Positions 20,082-28,969 of a DNA stretch of 64,000 nucleotides are shown here, piece after piece (position 1 is the first letter of the stretch; each line of letters starts with the position of its first letter). The DNA lies in contig CAZNZL010000002.1 in the NCBI GenBank assembly GCA_964577565.1, positions 88,650 to 152,649 on the forward strand. The letters run 5' to 3'. This DNA comes from an uncultured Candidatus Saccharibacteria bacterium (GTDB taxonomy: Bacteria; Patescibacteriota; Saccharimonadia; Saccharimonadales; JAGQNJ01). A program made the position numbers and the translations under genes. The notes beneath the pieces are model-generated. The model searched no databases, had not been told where the DNA came from, and saw nothing but the letters and a program-made list of their open reading frames with translations.

Positions 20082-21128
20082 CTACAGTCCGCCCCCTATC
20101 GCCTGAGAAATAACCATAACAAGCCCTATTATAATAAGTGCAAATGTTGCAACTATCCTAAAGTAAGACCAAATGGCTCGCAGCTCAGAGCTATCGTACA
20201 GATTCTGACCATCTACATTAAGCAACGAATCAGCTATATCAAAGAGACTCGTTATACCATCAGACACGAGCTCTAAAATACCACAGACAATCCAGCCGGC
20301 GCTAAGACCCATTCTTTCGGTACATGACTGAGCTTGTTCTGAAGTGCTTTCATCGGCTCTAATGTCATACTTACCCCTGGGAGCTTCAATAACTATGTTA
20401 AGAATTTCTGAAGATTTTTTTATGGCAGGTATACATTTATCAGCTACAACCGAACAAAGCTGATACGTGCCGGGATTTATATTGTCAAAGTTAGCGGTGT
20501 AGGCGACGCCGTCAGGGGTTGTTCGGCGGTTGGCCTGCTTGCGTGCGACTTCTGCACCACTTGAATTTTTTAAAGTTAATGTATCAGATGCCGGGGCCTT
20601 TGAGGCATCGATTGCATCCAGTCCCGAGTCTGTTAAATCCGCCCCCTCCCAGTCTATGAGACTAGTTGCTCTTATGATCTTTGTCTCCGGATTGTCGACA
20701 TTACTATTTGATCTATTTAGTGTAACGGGCGCATTCGAGAACTCTGAAATTACATTTTGTGGACAGGCAGGTACTTGAGAACTTGTGCCATTTCCAATAG
20801 AGTTTAAGGTTCTGGGTTGAGTTAATGTTACCCCTGCAGTATTTCCATTAGGGGGCACGAATATGCTAATAAACATCCCACACCTTGAATTGCCGTTAAC
20901 GAGACCTTGCACCAGTGCACCCTCGCCAGCATAAATACCAGCATTGCTGCTCTTTAGGTTGCCAAAAGTATCCCCCCCTATTGTAAGCCTGATAGTACTA
21001 GAGTCTACGAACGTTGCTGACATGTTTGGGGCAGCATGAATTGAACCACGTAATATGAGTGGGGATAAAAAATTAAACAGTAGTAAAGCCACCGAAGTAA
21101 GGAGGGAGGTTGTTTTTTTTATTTTCAT
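20082..21128 (-). CDS. VirB6-like protein, N-terminal part (signal peptide, variable extracellular domain, first TM helix)
   Basis: Ends GWIVC...IWSYFRIVATFALIIIGLVMVISQAIGGGL*, continuing in frame into MFDAYTVKK. Confidence 0.7.
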   Translation of the reverse strand: MKIKKTTSLLTSVALLLFNFLSPLILRGSIHAAPNMSATFVDSSTIRLTIGGDTFGNLKSSNAGIYAGEGALVQGLVNGNSRCGMFISIFVPPNGNTAGVTLTQPRTLNSIGNGTSSQVPACPQNVISEFSNAPVTLNRSNSNVDNPETKIIRATSLIDWEGADLTDSGLDAIDASKAPASDTLTLKNSSGAEVARKQANRRTTPDGVAYTANFDNINPGTYQLCSVVADKCIPAIKKSSEILNIVIEAPRGKYDIRADESTSEQAQSCTERMGLSAGWIVCGILELVSDGITSLFDIADSLLNVDGQNLYDSSELRAIWSYFRIVATFALIIIGLVMVISQAIGGGL

Positions 21129-21251
21129 TATTGCCCACGCTGATTATCAAAAAAAAGCTTAAGTCGCACAAACATAGCATACCATAAATACGATGTAAAT
21201 AGTCCCTACTTTTATAATCTATCCTGGCAATGATAGAATACTTATTAATGT

Positions 21252-21713
21252 ATGCAGCCCGTAGCCCACAACAGTAATTCTCCAAACAACGCAAAAAAAA
21301 TCATCATTATAATGATGATTTTGGGCTTGCTCATCGCAAGTCTAACAATATTTTTTATTCAGCAAACCAATAAAAGCAAAACAGTTCCATCAGAGCACGT
21401 TCCAGCGCTTGAGTACATTAATCAGTTTAACTCATTTATGGTAAATGACCCAGATAAAGCGTATGAAGAGATCGAGGGTCGTTTCCGGCCAGAGCGACAG
21501 TTATTCAATGCAAGCGCCAGCTTTTTTAGGAGTGATATAGAAATTAACAAATGTAAGTACAAGGACGCAAAGGATTATTTTGATCAAGTCACTGAGGTAA
21601 CCATCTCCTGTCCGTTAAGAAACAACCAGCCCAGTGTAGCCATTGAATATCAAGTTAGTAAGTCAACAGACAATAGTTTATCTATATTAAGTTATGAATT
21701 CGCTGCAGACTAA
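21252..21713 (+). CDS. Hypothetical protein with N-terminal TM helix
   Basis: 153-aa ORF, single hydrophobic segment. Confidence 0.65.
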   Translation: MQPVAHNSNSPNNAKKIIIIMMILGLLIASLTIFFIQQTNKSKTVPSEHVPALEYINQFNSFMVNDPDKAYEEIEGRFRPERQLFNASASFFRSDIEINKCKYKDAKDYFDQVTEVTISCPLRNNQPSVAIEYQVSKSTDNSLSILSYEFAAD

Positions 21714-21801
21714 GCGGCAACCAAGCTTTAAATAAGTAAACATTGTCTGTGGTTGAAAAAAATGGTATTCTAAATCAGAAATTAGCGTAAATCCAAAAAT
21801 T

Positions 21802-22281
21802 GTGAAAAGTCTAACAAAAAAACTAGCCTCGGCAAAAAAAATGTTATTCGTAGCCACTCTACTTATTACTTTTAGCTTTTTAGTGATTTGGAGTAGCGAT
21901 ACGACCGGAGCCCAAAGCAACAACATACCCTCCGGCGGTAACGTGAATTCTCAAAACCCCGACCCAGGCCTGCCGATAAATACAGATAGATCAGCTATCG
22001 TTGATTGTAATGGAGATACCGCAAGCGGGGCCAAGAGGTGTCTAGAGAAAAACCCATTAGTGCAGCGCACCTTACAAGGTATTAACTTTTTGTCGGCTGG
22101 TGCGGGTGTTGTTATTACGGCATCTATAGTCATAGCGGGCATTCAATATGCCGCAGCTGGCCCGAACCCACAACAGGTTGCTGCAGCCAGAAAACGTATT
22201 ATTAGCTCGATTGTTGCCTTGCTTGCGCTGCTTTTCTTATACGCATTTTTGCAATGGCTCGTGCCCGGAGGAGTGATCTAA
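21802..22281 (+). CDS. VirB2/TrbC-like pilin 1
   Basis: AGIQYAAAGPNPQQVAAARKRIISSIVAL pilin motif, two TM helices, Cys pair. Confidence 0.8.
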   Translation: MKSLTKKLASAKKMLFVATLLITFSFLVIWSSDTTGAQSNNIPSGGNVNSQNPDPGLPINTDRSAIVDCNGDTASGAKRCLEKNPLVQRTLQGINFLSAGAGVVITASIVIAGIQYAAAGPNPQQVAAARKRIISSIVALLALLFLYAFLQWLVPGGVI

Positions 22282-22670
22282 TGCTATACACACTTATTTC
22301 TTTCTTTGCCGCTGCTGGTGACGGCTGTCTGCCTGCTAATTCGGCGAAAAGCTTTTTTGGTCTGCCCCCCTGGTTTAAATATTTAAAGGGCGAGGAAGAT
22401 CAGTTTGGTAGGTGTGTCCCGGTTTTTGGTTGGGACAATCTAGAGTCGTTATGGTCCATTGCGCTGGTAGCGATAGAAATTTTACTCCGTATCGGTGCCT
22501 TGGTGGCGCTGGGGTATATAATATTTGCTGGATTTCAATATATTACTAGTAGTGGCGAACCCGATAAAACCAAGAATGCCAAAACTACCATAATCAACGC
22601 TTTGGTTGGGCTCGTGATTGCTATTTTATCTAGTTATATTGTGTCATTTATCGGGAGTCAAATAACGTAA
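22281..22670 (+). CDS. VirB2/TrbC-like pilin 2
   Basis: AGFQYITSSGEPDKTKNAKTTIINALVGL; ATG at 22281 overlaps the previous stop, GGAGG SD. Confidence 0.82.
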   Translation: MLYTLISFFAAAGDGCLPANSAKSFFGLPPWFKYLKGEEDQFGRCVPVFGWDNLESLWSIALVAIEILLRIGALVALGYIIFAGFQYITSSGEPDKTKNAKTTIINALVGLVIAILSSYIVSFIGSQIT

Positions 22671-22675
22671 TAGTT

Positions 22676-22972
22676 ATGAAAAACATTGTATTTTTACTTG
22701 CGCAGCAAATTGTTGACCCGAGCTTGGTAAATATTCCTAAACCGGATGCCAGTGACGGGCAAGTTCAGACCGTTATTAGGCTTGTCATGATGATAGCTGC
22801 TGCGGTAGCGGTACTTATGGTGGTGATTGGTGGTCTGATGTATGTAACTTCAAATGGCGAACCTCAAAGAGCAGCCCGGGCTAAGGACACAATTTTATAC
22901 GCCATCATTGGCCTGGTTGTGGCTATAATGTCAAACGTAATTGTGATGTTTGTACTAGGGAGAGCTGTCTAA
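22676..22972 (+). CDS. VirB2/TrbC-like pilin 3
   Basis: GGLMYVTSNGEPQRAARAKDTILYAIIGL. Confidence 0.85.
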   Translation: MKNIVFLLAQQIVDPSLVNIPKPDASDGQVQTVIRLVMMIAAAVAVLMVVIGGLMYVTSNGEPQRAARAKDTILYAIIGLVVAIMSNVIVMFVLGRAV

Positions 22973-23356
22973 ATGAAACGGTTGCTCATAAAGCTGTCGT
23001 TAATAGCAACTGTCTGCGCTTCTTTGGTAGCGGTCCCGCTGGTTCATGCAGACGATCCGCTTGAGGCGGTTTGTAAAGGACCCCAAGCTTCTTCGTCTGC
23101 ATGCGTAAGCCGCACCAATCAAAACCCTGTGTTGGGGCCAGACGGAGTTCTCACCAAAGTCATTAAGATTCTGGTTATTGTTACCGCTGCGGCATCGGTA
23201 ATTATGATGATGGTCGGTGGTTTTCGCTACGCTATTTCAGCCGGCGACCCTTCAAATATCAATGCAGCAAAAAACACCATATTGTATGCGATTGTAGGCC
23301 TCATTATTGCAATAATTGCACAGTCTATCGTTTCATTTGTTATTAGTCGGCTTTAG
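22973..23356 (+). CDS. VirB2/TrbC-like pilin 4
   Basis: GGFRYAISAGDPSNINAAKNTILYAIVGL. Confidence 0.85.
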   Translation: MKRLLIKLSLIATVCASLVAVPLVHADDPLEAVCKGPQASSSACVSRTNQNPVLGPDGVLTKVIKILVIVTAAASVIMMMVGGFRYAISAGDPSNINAAKNTILYAIVGLIIAIIAQSIVSFVISRL

Positions 23357-23383
23357 TTTTATAATAATACGAGAGGAACCAAA

Positions 23384-23767
23384 ATGATAAAAAAATTGAC
23401 ACTTCTAACCACAACAATGATTTCTTTGTTTGCTTTTTTATTTGCACCTATGGTCGTTCAAACCGCGTACGCAGCCGACAACAAGGAAGCCGCGTGCGAG
23501 GGGCTAGAGCTAACCGGTAGAGGTTGTGATGGTACTGCCGATGCTACCATTAATAACGTTATCAAGGTGGTAATTGACATATTCTCAGTCGTTGTGGGCG
23601 TAACTGCGGTGATTATGATTATGGTCGGTGGCTTTAAGTACATTGTGTCATCAGGTGATTCAAGCAATGTTAACAGTGCAAAAAATACGATTCTTTATGC
23701 ACTGGTTGGCTTAGTTATCGTAGTGCTTGCTCAGGTAATTGTACGGTTTGTATTGGGCCGCCTTTAG
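23384..23767 (+). CDS. VirB2/TrbC-like pilin 5
   Basis: GGFKYIVSSGDSSNVNSAKNTILYALVGL. Confidence 0.85.
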   Translation: MIKKLTLLTTTMISLFAFLFAPMVVQTAYAADNKEAACEGLELTGRGCDGTADATINNVIKVVIDIFSVVVGVTAVIMIMVGGFKYIVSSGDSSNVNSAKNTILYALVGLVIVVLAQVIVRFVLGRL

Positions 23768-23842
23768 GTAAATAAACTTGAAAAACGCTACCGTCTTGTA
23801 GTACAGTGAAGGCAAATAGAATATGAAAGGAATCTCTCTATA

Positions 23843-24259
23843 ATGAAACGACTTAAAGAATACATTTTGTCACTTGCAGTAAGCGGATTATTGTTTGTGC
23901 CAGTTTTTGCATTTGCTGGTGTAGCGTCTGCTCAGACACCTAGTATTGAGGGTGGATTGCAGCGCGGTACATGCTTAAGTACGACAGCCACCGACTGTGA
24001 TACCCAAGATCCCGACGATTCTATAAACAACATCATAACCACAGTTATTAATATATTCTCGCTTGTTGTGGGTGTCGTATCCGTCATTATGATTATTGTC
24101 GGCGGGTTGAAGTACATAACATCTGGTGGTGACTCTGGTAACGTGAGTGGTGCCAAAAATACCATTCTGTACGCCATTGTTGGTCTTGTCATTGTAGCCT
24201 TAGCGCAAGTAATTGTACGCTTTGTCCTCGGCCGTGTTACTGAACCATCCGGCGTGTAA
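23843..24259 (+). CDS. VirB2/TrbC-like pilin 6
   Basis: GGLKYITSGGDSGNVSGAKNTILYAIVGL; own candidate promoter (TTGAAA...TACAGT) and SD. Confidence 0.85.
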   Translation: MKRLKEYILSLAVSGLLFVPVFAFAGVASAQTPSIEGGLQRGTCLSTTATDCDTQDPDDSINNIITTVINIFSLVVGVVSVIMIIVGGLKYITSGGDSGNVSGAKNTILYAIVGLVIVALAQVIVRFVLGRVTEPSGV

Positions 24260-24275
24260 TAGTTCTTACCGAAAT

Positions 24276-24305
24276 AAAAAAGCCCCCTCGACGAAGGGGC
24301 TTTTT
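24276..24305. terminator. Bidirectional rho-independent terminator between the pilin array and hsp20
   Basis: AAAAAGCCCC-CTCGACGAA-GGGGCTTTTT hairpin with A/T tracts on both sides. Confidence 0.85.
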
Positions 24306-24327
24306 AAATTGCTTTAGACCTTTCTGT

Positions 24328-24825
24328 TTACAAAACCTGAATCTTCTTTACAGTGTCTTGCTTGACTTTGGTAAATGAAATCGTCAGTACACCGTCTTTT
24401 AGTACGGCTTCAATTTCATCTTCTTTGACGGCTATGGGCAGGGCAAGACTTCGCGAAAACTCGCCCCAATAACACTCTTGAACAAAGTAATTAATAACAT
24501 CTTCTTCGTTGCCCGCAGAAAGCGTACCACGAATACTTAAGGTGTTATCAGCAATACTTACATCGAGGTCACTCTTGTTGACGCCAGCGGTACGAGCCTT
24601 AACAACTAGCTTCTCTTTTGTTTCATACACGTCAACTGCTAACTGGCCAGGAACAGCCTCTTCTTCATCCCACTCGTCGTTTGGTGCTACTGGTGTTTGT
24701 CCTTGGGCGTCATCACCCTGTTGCCCCTGGGCCGCATTATCGTCAACAAAATCGTCCTCACCCAAGAATGCAGCCGTAAGCTCATCTTCCATCAACAAAT
24801 CATCATCTTGTTGCTTACGCGCCAT
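24328..24825 (-). CDS. Hsp20/alpha-crystallin small heat-shock protein
   Basis: LAVDVYET, ECYWGEFSRSLALP, LKDGVLTI. Confidence 0.93.
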   Translation of the reverse strand: MARKQQDDDLLMEDELTAAFLGEDDFVDDNAAQGQQGDDAQGQTPVAPNDEWDEEEAVPGQLAVDVYETKEKLVVKARTAGVNKSDLDVSIADNTLSIRGTLSAGNEEDVINYFVQECYWGEFSRSLALPIAVKEDEIEAVLKDGVLTISFTKVKQDTVKKIQVL

Positions 24826-24957
24826 AGTTGTTACCCTCCACTATGTATACTATATTATTTGTACGGTCATGTTTTTGTCTTACCTGCAAGTATAGACTAA
24901 GCAAACAACAATAAGCAACATGCGCCCCAATATTTACAACAGAATAATCACAACATT

Positions 24958-25623
24958 ATGATTCCATCCCTGTTACGCTTAATCGCACCCGATGATTGCC
25001 TACAATGCGGCAATGAGGGCGAGTTATGGTGCCAATGGTGCCGGCTCGACTATGATTATTTGCCAAGCAGGTGTTTTCGGTGTCACACCATGACCCGAGA
25101 CTTTGATGTGTGTGCCTCGTGCCGTAAGGCGGTTGGTCTTAAACAGGTGTATGTTGCGTTTGAATATAAAGGAATCATCAAAGAGCTTATTTACGCACTT
25201 AAGTTTAAAAGTAAGCGGCAGACAGCAGAAATAATTGCTAGAGTATTGCATGAAATTTTGCCGCTTCAAAATCCCGGCACGATTATTATAAACGTACCCA
25301 CATCCAGGTCACGGGTTCGCCAACGTGGTTTTGATCAAACAGAATTAATTGCTCGAAAGCTAGCGCGTGAGCAAAAACTTCAATACATCCCTGCCTTATT
25401 GAGGCACGGTAATATACGACAAGTAGGTGCCTCAAAACAACAACGCCAAGCTCAGGTTAGCGGGTTGTATGCACTGCGGCCACGTGCTGATATCAAAGGC
25501 AAAGACATATTATTAATTGATGACGTTGTTACGACTGGTGCAACGTTGGCTGAGGCTTCGAGGGTACTGCGACGAGCGGGCGCAAAATCAATTACCTGCG
25601 CCGTCTTCGCCTATACTAAATAA
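24958..25623 (+). CDS. comF: ComF family competence protein (zinc ribbon + PRTase-like)
   Basis: CxxC pairs, RGFDQ, LLIDDVVTTGATL. Confidence 0.9.
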   Translation: MIPSLLRLIAPDDCLQCGNEGELWCQWCRLDYDYLPSRCFRCHTMTRDFDVCASCRKAVGLKQVYVAFEYKGIIKELIYALKFKSKRQTAEIIARVLHEILPLQNPGTIIINVPTSRSRVRQRGFDQTELIARKLAREQKLQYIPALLRHGNIRQVGASKQQRQAQVSGLYALRPRADIKGKDILLIDDVVTTGATLAEASRVLRRAGAKSITCAVFAYTK

Positions 25624-25657
25624 TAGTTGACAAGTAAATAGTTGAGTAGTAAACTAA
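25624..25657 (+). promoter_or_regulatory. Sigma-70 promoter with overlapping MarR-type operator
   Basis: TTGACA (25627-25632), 17 nt, TAAACT (25650-25655); inverted repeat TAGTT-N8-AACTA and an imperfect second copy overlap it. Confidence 0.7.
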
Positions 25658-25674
25658 TAACGGAAGGAGGTATT

Positions 25675-26346
25675 TTGAAGTTTAAGTTAAAGCAAACGTA
25701 TTTATATAAGCTCCATACGCTAACTAATTCGTTAGACAAAGCGTTTGATCAGGTGCTCAAAGAGCGATGTTCTATAGGATTGGCGCAGTTTATGTTGCTG
25801 CTTATGGTAAAACAACTCAACTCCCCTAGCCAACGAGAACTGGCACTTGAGCTCGAACAAACACCCGGAGCGATTAGTCGGCAGGTTGAAGTTTGTAAAT
25901 CAAGGGGTTGGTTAAAAGTTAAAGAAAACCCTCAAGACAGACGCGAACAATACATTGTGCTTACAAACTCAGGCAAAAGCAAGCTCACAACTTCTTTAAA
26001 AATCCTTAAAAAGCACCTTTTCACAATTTTTGAGAGCAGTGATGGGCATATGACGCTCATGGCGCACATCGATGCACTACAGAGTAATATTGCAAGCGTC
26101 ACAAACGATACATTTAAAGTAAGAAAGGAGCCAACTATGGCAGAACAAGTTCCTAAAGCAAAGCAATTATTTAGAGGTGATATTAACGATGCGGTTATTC
26201 GGGTACAAAAGGCCACCGGTGTTGAGATTACGCCATCGTGGTGGAACGCGAACGTCGGTAACGATGGCTCAACCGAACAAATCCTCGAACGATTTGATAA
26301 TGCTTACGCAAAGCTCATGGCTGAAAAAACCAAGCCAAAGCAGTAA
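25675..26346 (+). CDS. MarR-family regulator with C-terminal extension
   Basis: GGAGG SD then TTG at 25675; SQRELA...ISRQV...GW....NPQDRR...LT.SG wHTH motif. Confidence 0.85.
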   Translation: MKFKLKQTYLYKLHTLTNSLDKAFDQVLKERCSIGLAQFMLLLMVKQLNSPSQRELALELEQTPGAISRQVEVCKSRGWLKVKENPQDRREQYIVLTNSGKSKLTTSLKILKKHLFTIFESSDGHMTLMAHIDALQSNIASVTNDTFKVRKEPTMAEQVPKAKQLFRGDINDAVIRVQKATGVEITPSWWNANVGNDGSTEQILERFDNAYAKLMAEKTKPKQ

Positions 26347-26380
26347 TTTGCCAATATCTCCCCAAAAAGTAAGTTTTACA

Positions 26381-26406
26381 TTCTAACATTCTTAAGAATG
26401 TTAGAA
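26381..26406. repeat. Perfect 26-bp palindrome between convergent marR and tRNA-Ser
   Basis: TTCTAACATTCTT-AAGAATGTTAGAA. Confidence 0.8.
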
Positions 26407-26419
26407 CTTGTGATTACGC

Positions 26420-26511
26420 TGGCGGAGGGGGTGGGATTCGAACCCACGAGACCCGTTAGGGCCTGCTGGTTTTCAAGACCAGTGCACTAGGCCGGACTAT
26501 GCGACCCCTCC
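26420..26511 (-). tRNA. tRNA-Ser(TGA)
   Basis: Cloverleaf GGAGGGG...CTTGAAA...long variable arm...GGTTCGAATCC...CCA. Confidence 0.96.
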
Positions 26512-26979
26512 AACTTTGTTTGCTCTAAGAATGTAGTGTTGTTCCAAATGGCAGTTGGGACACAGCAGCTTTAAATTATTTGGATCATTGTTTGTCCTGT
26601 CTCTGTTAATATGGTGAATGTGTAATATATCCACCCTATTATAACCACATAATTCACACATATTTCCTCGAACTTTAATGATTCTTGCGCGAATCGCTTT
26701 TTGTGTTTCTAGTTGATCATATGGACGTTCAACTTTGTATTTCATACCCGCTCTATTTTTGTTTGAGCACTCTCTACTACAAGTCTTCTTGTTTAAGCCA
26801 GCTAGAAATGGTTTATTACAAATAATGCACGGTTTCTCTTTCCTGCATGATTTTCCATAACATGCCATACTACAAAAAACCCTACCTTTGCTATTTTTTA
26901 TCTCTACAGGTCTTTTGTATATTGGTTTGGCACAAAAAATACACTCAATATTTGGTTTCCTGATATAACGTTCGCTCAC
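26497..26979 (-). CDS. HNH endonuclease with N-terminal Cys-rich zinc-binding repeats
   Basis: CELCG...LHIHHINRDRTNNDPNNLKLLCPNCH; FCSMAC and TCSREC repeats; likely GTG start at 26979; stop lies inside tRNA-Ser(TGA). Confidence 0.88.
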   Translation of the reverse strand: MSERYIRKPNIECIFCAKPIYKRPVEIKNSKGRVFCSMACYGKSCRKEKPCIICNKPFLAGLNKKTCSRECSNKNRAGMKYKVERPYDQLETQKAIRARIIKVRGNMCELCGYNRVDILHIHHINRDRTNNDPNNLKLLCPNCHLEQHYILRANKVGGVA

Positions 26980-27004
26980 TAAGTCAGTATGCCAGGTTTT
27001 TAAT

Positions 27005-27135
27005 GTGCGGAGCGGGAGGGATGACAACGTCTACAGCCATGCTCTCCGTCAACTGACGGATGCGCGTGGCTTTGATGAGCGCACCACTCGCTCACCATCG
27101 GCTCCGCCGCTGACCGCGAGGAACCGTATCCTACC
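27005..27135 (-). ncRNA. tRNA-3'-end-like trailer element with 57-nt T-loop insert (Ser copy)
   Basis: GCGAGTGGTGCG-[57 nt, 27023-27079]-ATCCCTCCCGCTCCGCA mimics the tRNA-Ser(GCT) 3' end; insert homologous to 35803-35859. Confidence 0.65.
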
Positions 27136-27177
27136 ACATCATTATTTTTACAATGACCTGCGGTCATTTCAAAATAT

Positions 27178-27270
27178 TGGCGGAGAGGGAGGGATTCGAA
27201 CCCTCGCGGGAGATTGCTCCCCCCTAACGATTTAGCAAACCGTCCCCTTCAGCCACTTGGGTACCTCTCC
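27178..27270 (-). tRNA. tRNA-Ser(GCT)
   Basis: GGAGAGG...TTGCTAA...GGTTCGAATCCCTCCCTCTCCGCCA. Confidence 0.96.
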
Positions 27271-27345
27271 TCGTCAGAACCGACGGTCACCTTCCACAAA
27301 AGTTTTTAAACCAACTTTTGTTTCTCGCTTTGGTCGCTTCTTCCT
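27271..27345 (-). ncRNA. Conserved tRNA 5' leader element (Ser copy)
   Basis: AGGAAGAAGCGACCAAAGCGAGAAA-hairpin-GGTGACCGTCGGTTCTGACG abutting the tRNA; homologous to 30476-30546. Confidence 0.7.
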
Positions 27346-27569
27346 CTCAGTTTTCCAAACGGTCAAATCGGCTGTAGCCGCTCCTTCATTTGAAAAACTG
27401 GGTTAAAAAGCCACTAAATACAAAAAATGCTTTATAAATCCATTGCTTTTTGGTATCAACATAGCAAGCACGCTATAACAGAGGTAAATTATACCATTCA
27501 TTCTTAATAAAGACAATTCATCTCTTCTCTGCTTTGGTTTCCTAATCATAAACCGGTAAAATGTAACTA

Positions 27570-28250
27570 ATGGATGCAGAAATCAGAAAGCGCACACAGC
27601 TTAAACTTTTTATAACCCAATTCTTGTTACCACAACCTATTGAGTTGCTCATTTACTTGTTTGTGAGCCTGCTAATACTGTTAATCACAACTAACCGCGT
27701 GTTGTTACAGATATTATCTGGCAGCAGCCCGGTGCCTGAGGCGGGTATCTCTGAGGTGCTCTCTCAGCGAGCCGACAGTTTTGATCAATTGTTGGCAATT
27801 CCTATATTGGGCCGAGTAGTCTTGTTCTTATTTTGGTTGGCGATTGGTAGCGTAGTATACATGTTGGTGTGGGTGTTTCAGAATATGGCGGTAGAGGTTT
27901 ATGATGATTTAACCTTGGCAAAGATAACCGACCCGCGAGCGCGCCAAGCCGCCAGTGAGGAGCTGCAAGAAGAATCAGAAGACGGTGGTTGGTGGGGCAC
28001 CACGCTGGCACATACAATTTTTGTTGGCTCGGGCGTAATTTTGTTTCTCTTCTTTTTGATTATTGCGGTTAACGGGCTGTTGCCGTTGTGGTCACAACTG
28101 TTTCAAATTGGTTTGCAATCAATAGGCCAGCTGGCCAGCGTGCTTAAAATAATTATGTCATTACTGGGCACAATGGTGATGGTGCATGTTTTTGTGTTAT
28201 TTTGGAAGTTCTTTTTTAGACTTAAAGGCTACGTTTTCAACTCATTTTAG
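27570..28250 (+). CDS. Hypothetical polytopic membrane protein
   Basis: 226-aa ORF with about four TM helices. Confidence 0.75.
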   Translation: MDAEIRKRTQLKLFITQFLLPQPIELLIYLFVSLLILLITTNRVLLQILSGSSPVPEAGISEVLSQRADSFDQLLAIPILGRVVLFLFWLAIGSVVYMLVWVFQNMAVEVYDDLTLAKITDPRARQAASEELQEESEDGGWWGTTLAHTIFVGSGVILFLFFLIIAVNGLLPLWSQLFQIGLQSIGQLASVLKIIMSLLGTMVMVHVFVLFWKFFFRLKGYVFNSF

Positions 28251-28276
28251 CCTTGCGGGCGTGGTACAATACGCTT

Positions 28277-28843
28277 ATGCAGCCAGACAACGATCAGCAA
28301 AATGATCAGCAAACGGGTCAATGGCAATTTGTACAAGAAGATTCGCCTCGTGATAGTGCAGCAACATCATCTGCGGCGGGTAGTGGTGAGTTTAAGTGGT
28401 CGGCGTCAGAGTTTGTGGCCTATCAGAAAAGCGGCGGCTGGTATATAGCAGTGTTTTTTGGCTTGATTGCCCTTTCGGTCATTATTTTTCTGCTTACCAA
28501 CAGAGACTACTTATCAGCAGGTTCAACCATTGTTATTGGTATATTATTTATGATTTATGCCTCGCGCCAACCGCGTGTGCTCAACTACCAAATTGATAGG
28601 TCAGGTGTGCGCATAGAAGAAAAATTATACCCATATGGCGTTTTGCGGTCTTTTGCGGTAATAGACGAGGGCAATATTCATTCCATTTCCCTACTACCCC
28701 TTAAGCGATTTATGCCCTCAATCAGGATGTATTTTGAACCAAAAGATGAAACAACCATTATTGAGGTGCTTGGTAACTACCTACCCAAAGAAGATAAAGA
28801 CCAAGACATGGTTGACCGCTTTATGCACAAAATCCGCTTTTAA
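28277..28843 (+). CDS. Conserved hypothetical membrane protein (two TM helices + PH-like C-terminal domain)
   Basis: WSASEF...KS.GWY, PR.L.Y.I...GV.I..K.YPY motif; -10 TACAAT just upstream of ATG 28277. Confidence 0.75.
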   Translation: MQPDNDQQNDQQTGQWQFVQEDSPRDSAATSSAAGSGEFKWSASEFVAYQKSGGWYIAVFFGLIALSVIIFLLTNRDYLSAGSTIVIGILFMIYASRQPRVLNYQIDRSGVRIEEKLYPYGVLRSFAVIDEGNIHSISLLPLKRFMPSIRMYFEPKDETTIIEVLGNYLPKEDKDQDMVDRFMHKIRF

Positions 28844-28860
28844 AAACGGAGTGTTTCTTC

Positions 28861-28951
<91 letters not shown>

Positions 28952-28969
28952 GTTGTTGATTGTATCAAA

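Noticed and set aside
20082-20084. Genome-wide TAG or TGA recoding (pyrrolysine, code 25)
   Set aside because: TAG ends conserved genes at the expected place (dnaN, rpmH-region jag) and TGA ends vapC and others; no suppressor tRNA is in the window.
27005-27135. Complete intron-containing tRNA genes at the trailer elements (also 35746-35878)
   Set aside because: No 5' acceptor strand, D-arm or anticodon arm can be folded upstream; only the 3' portion resembles tRNA.
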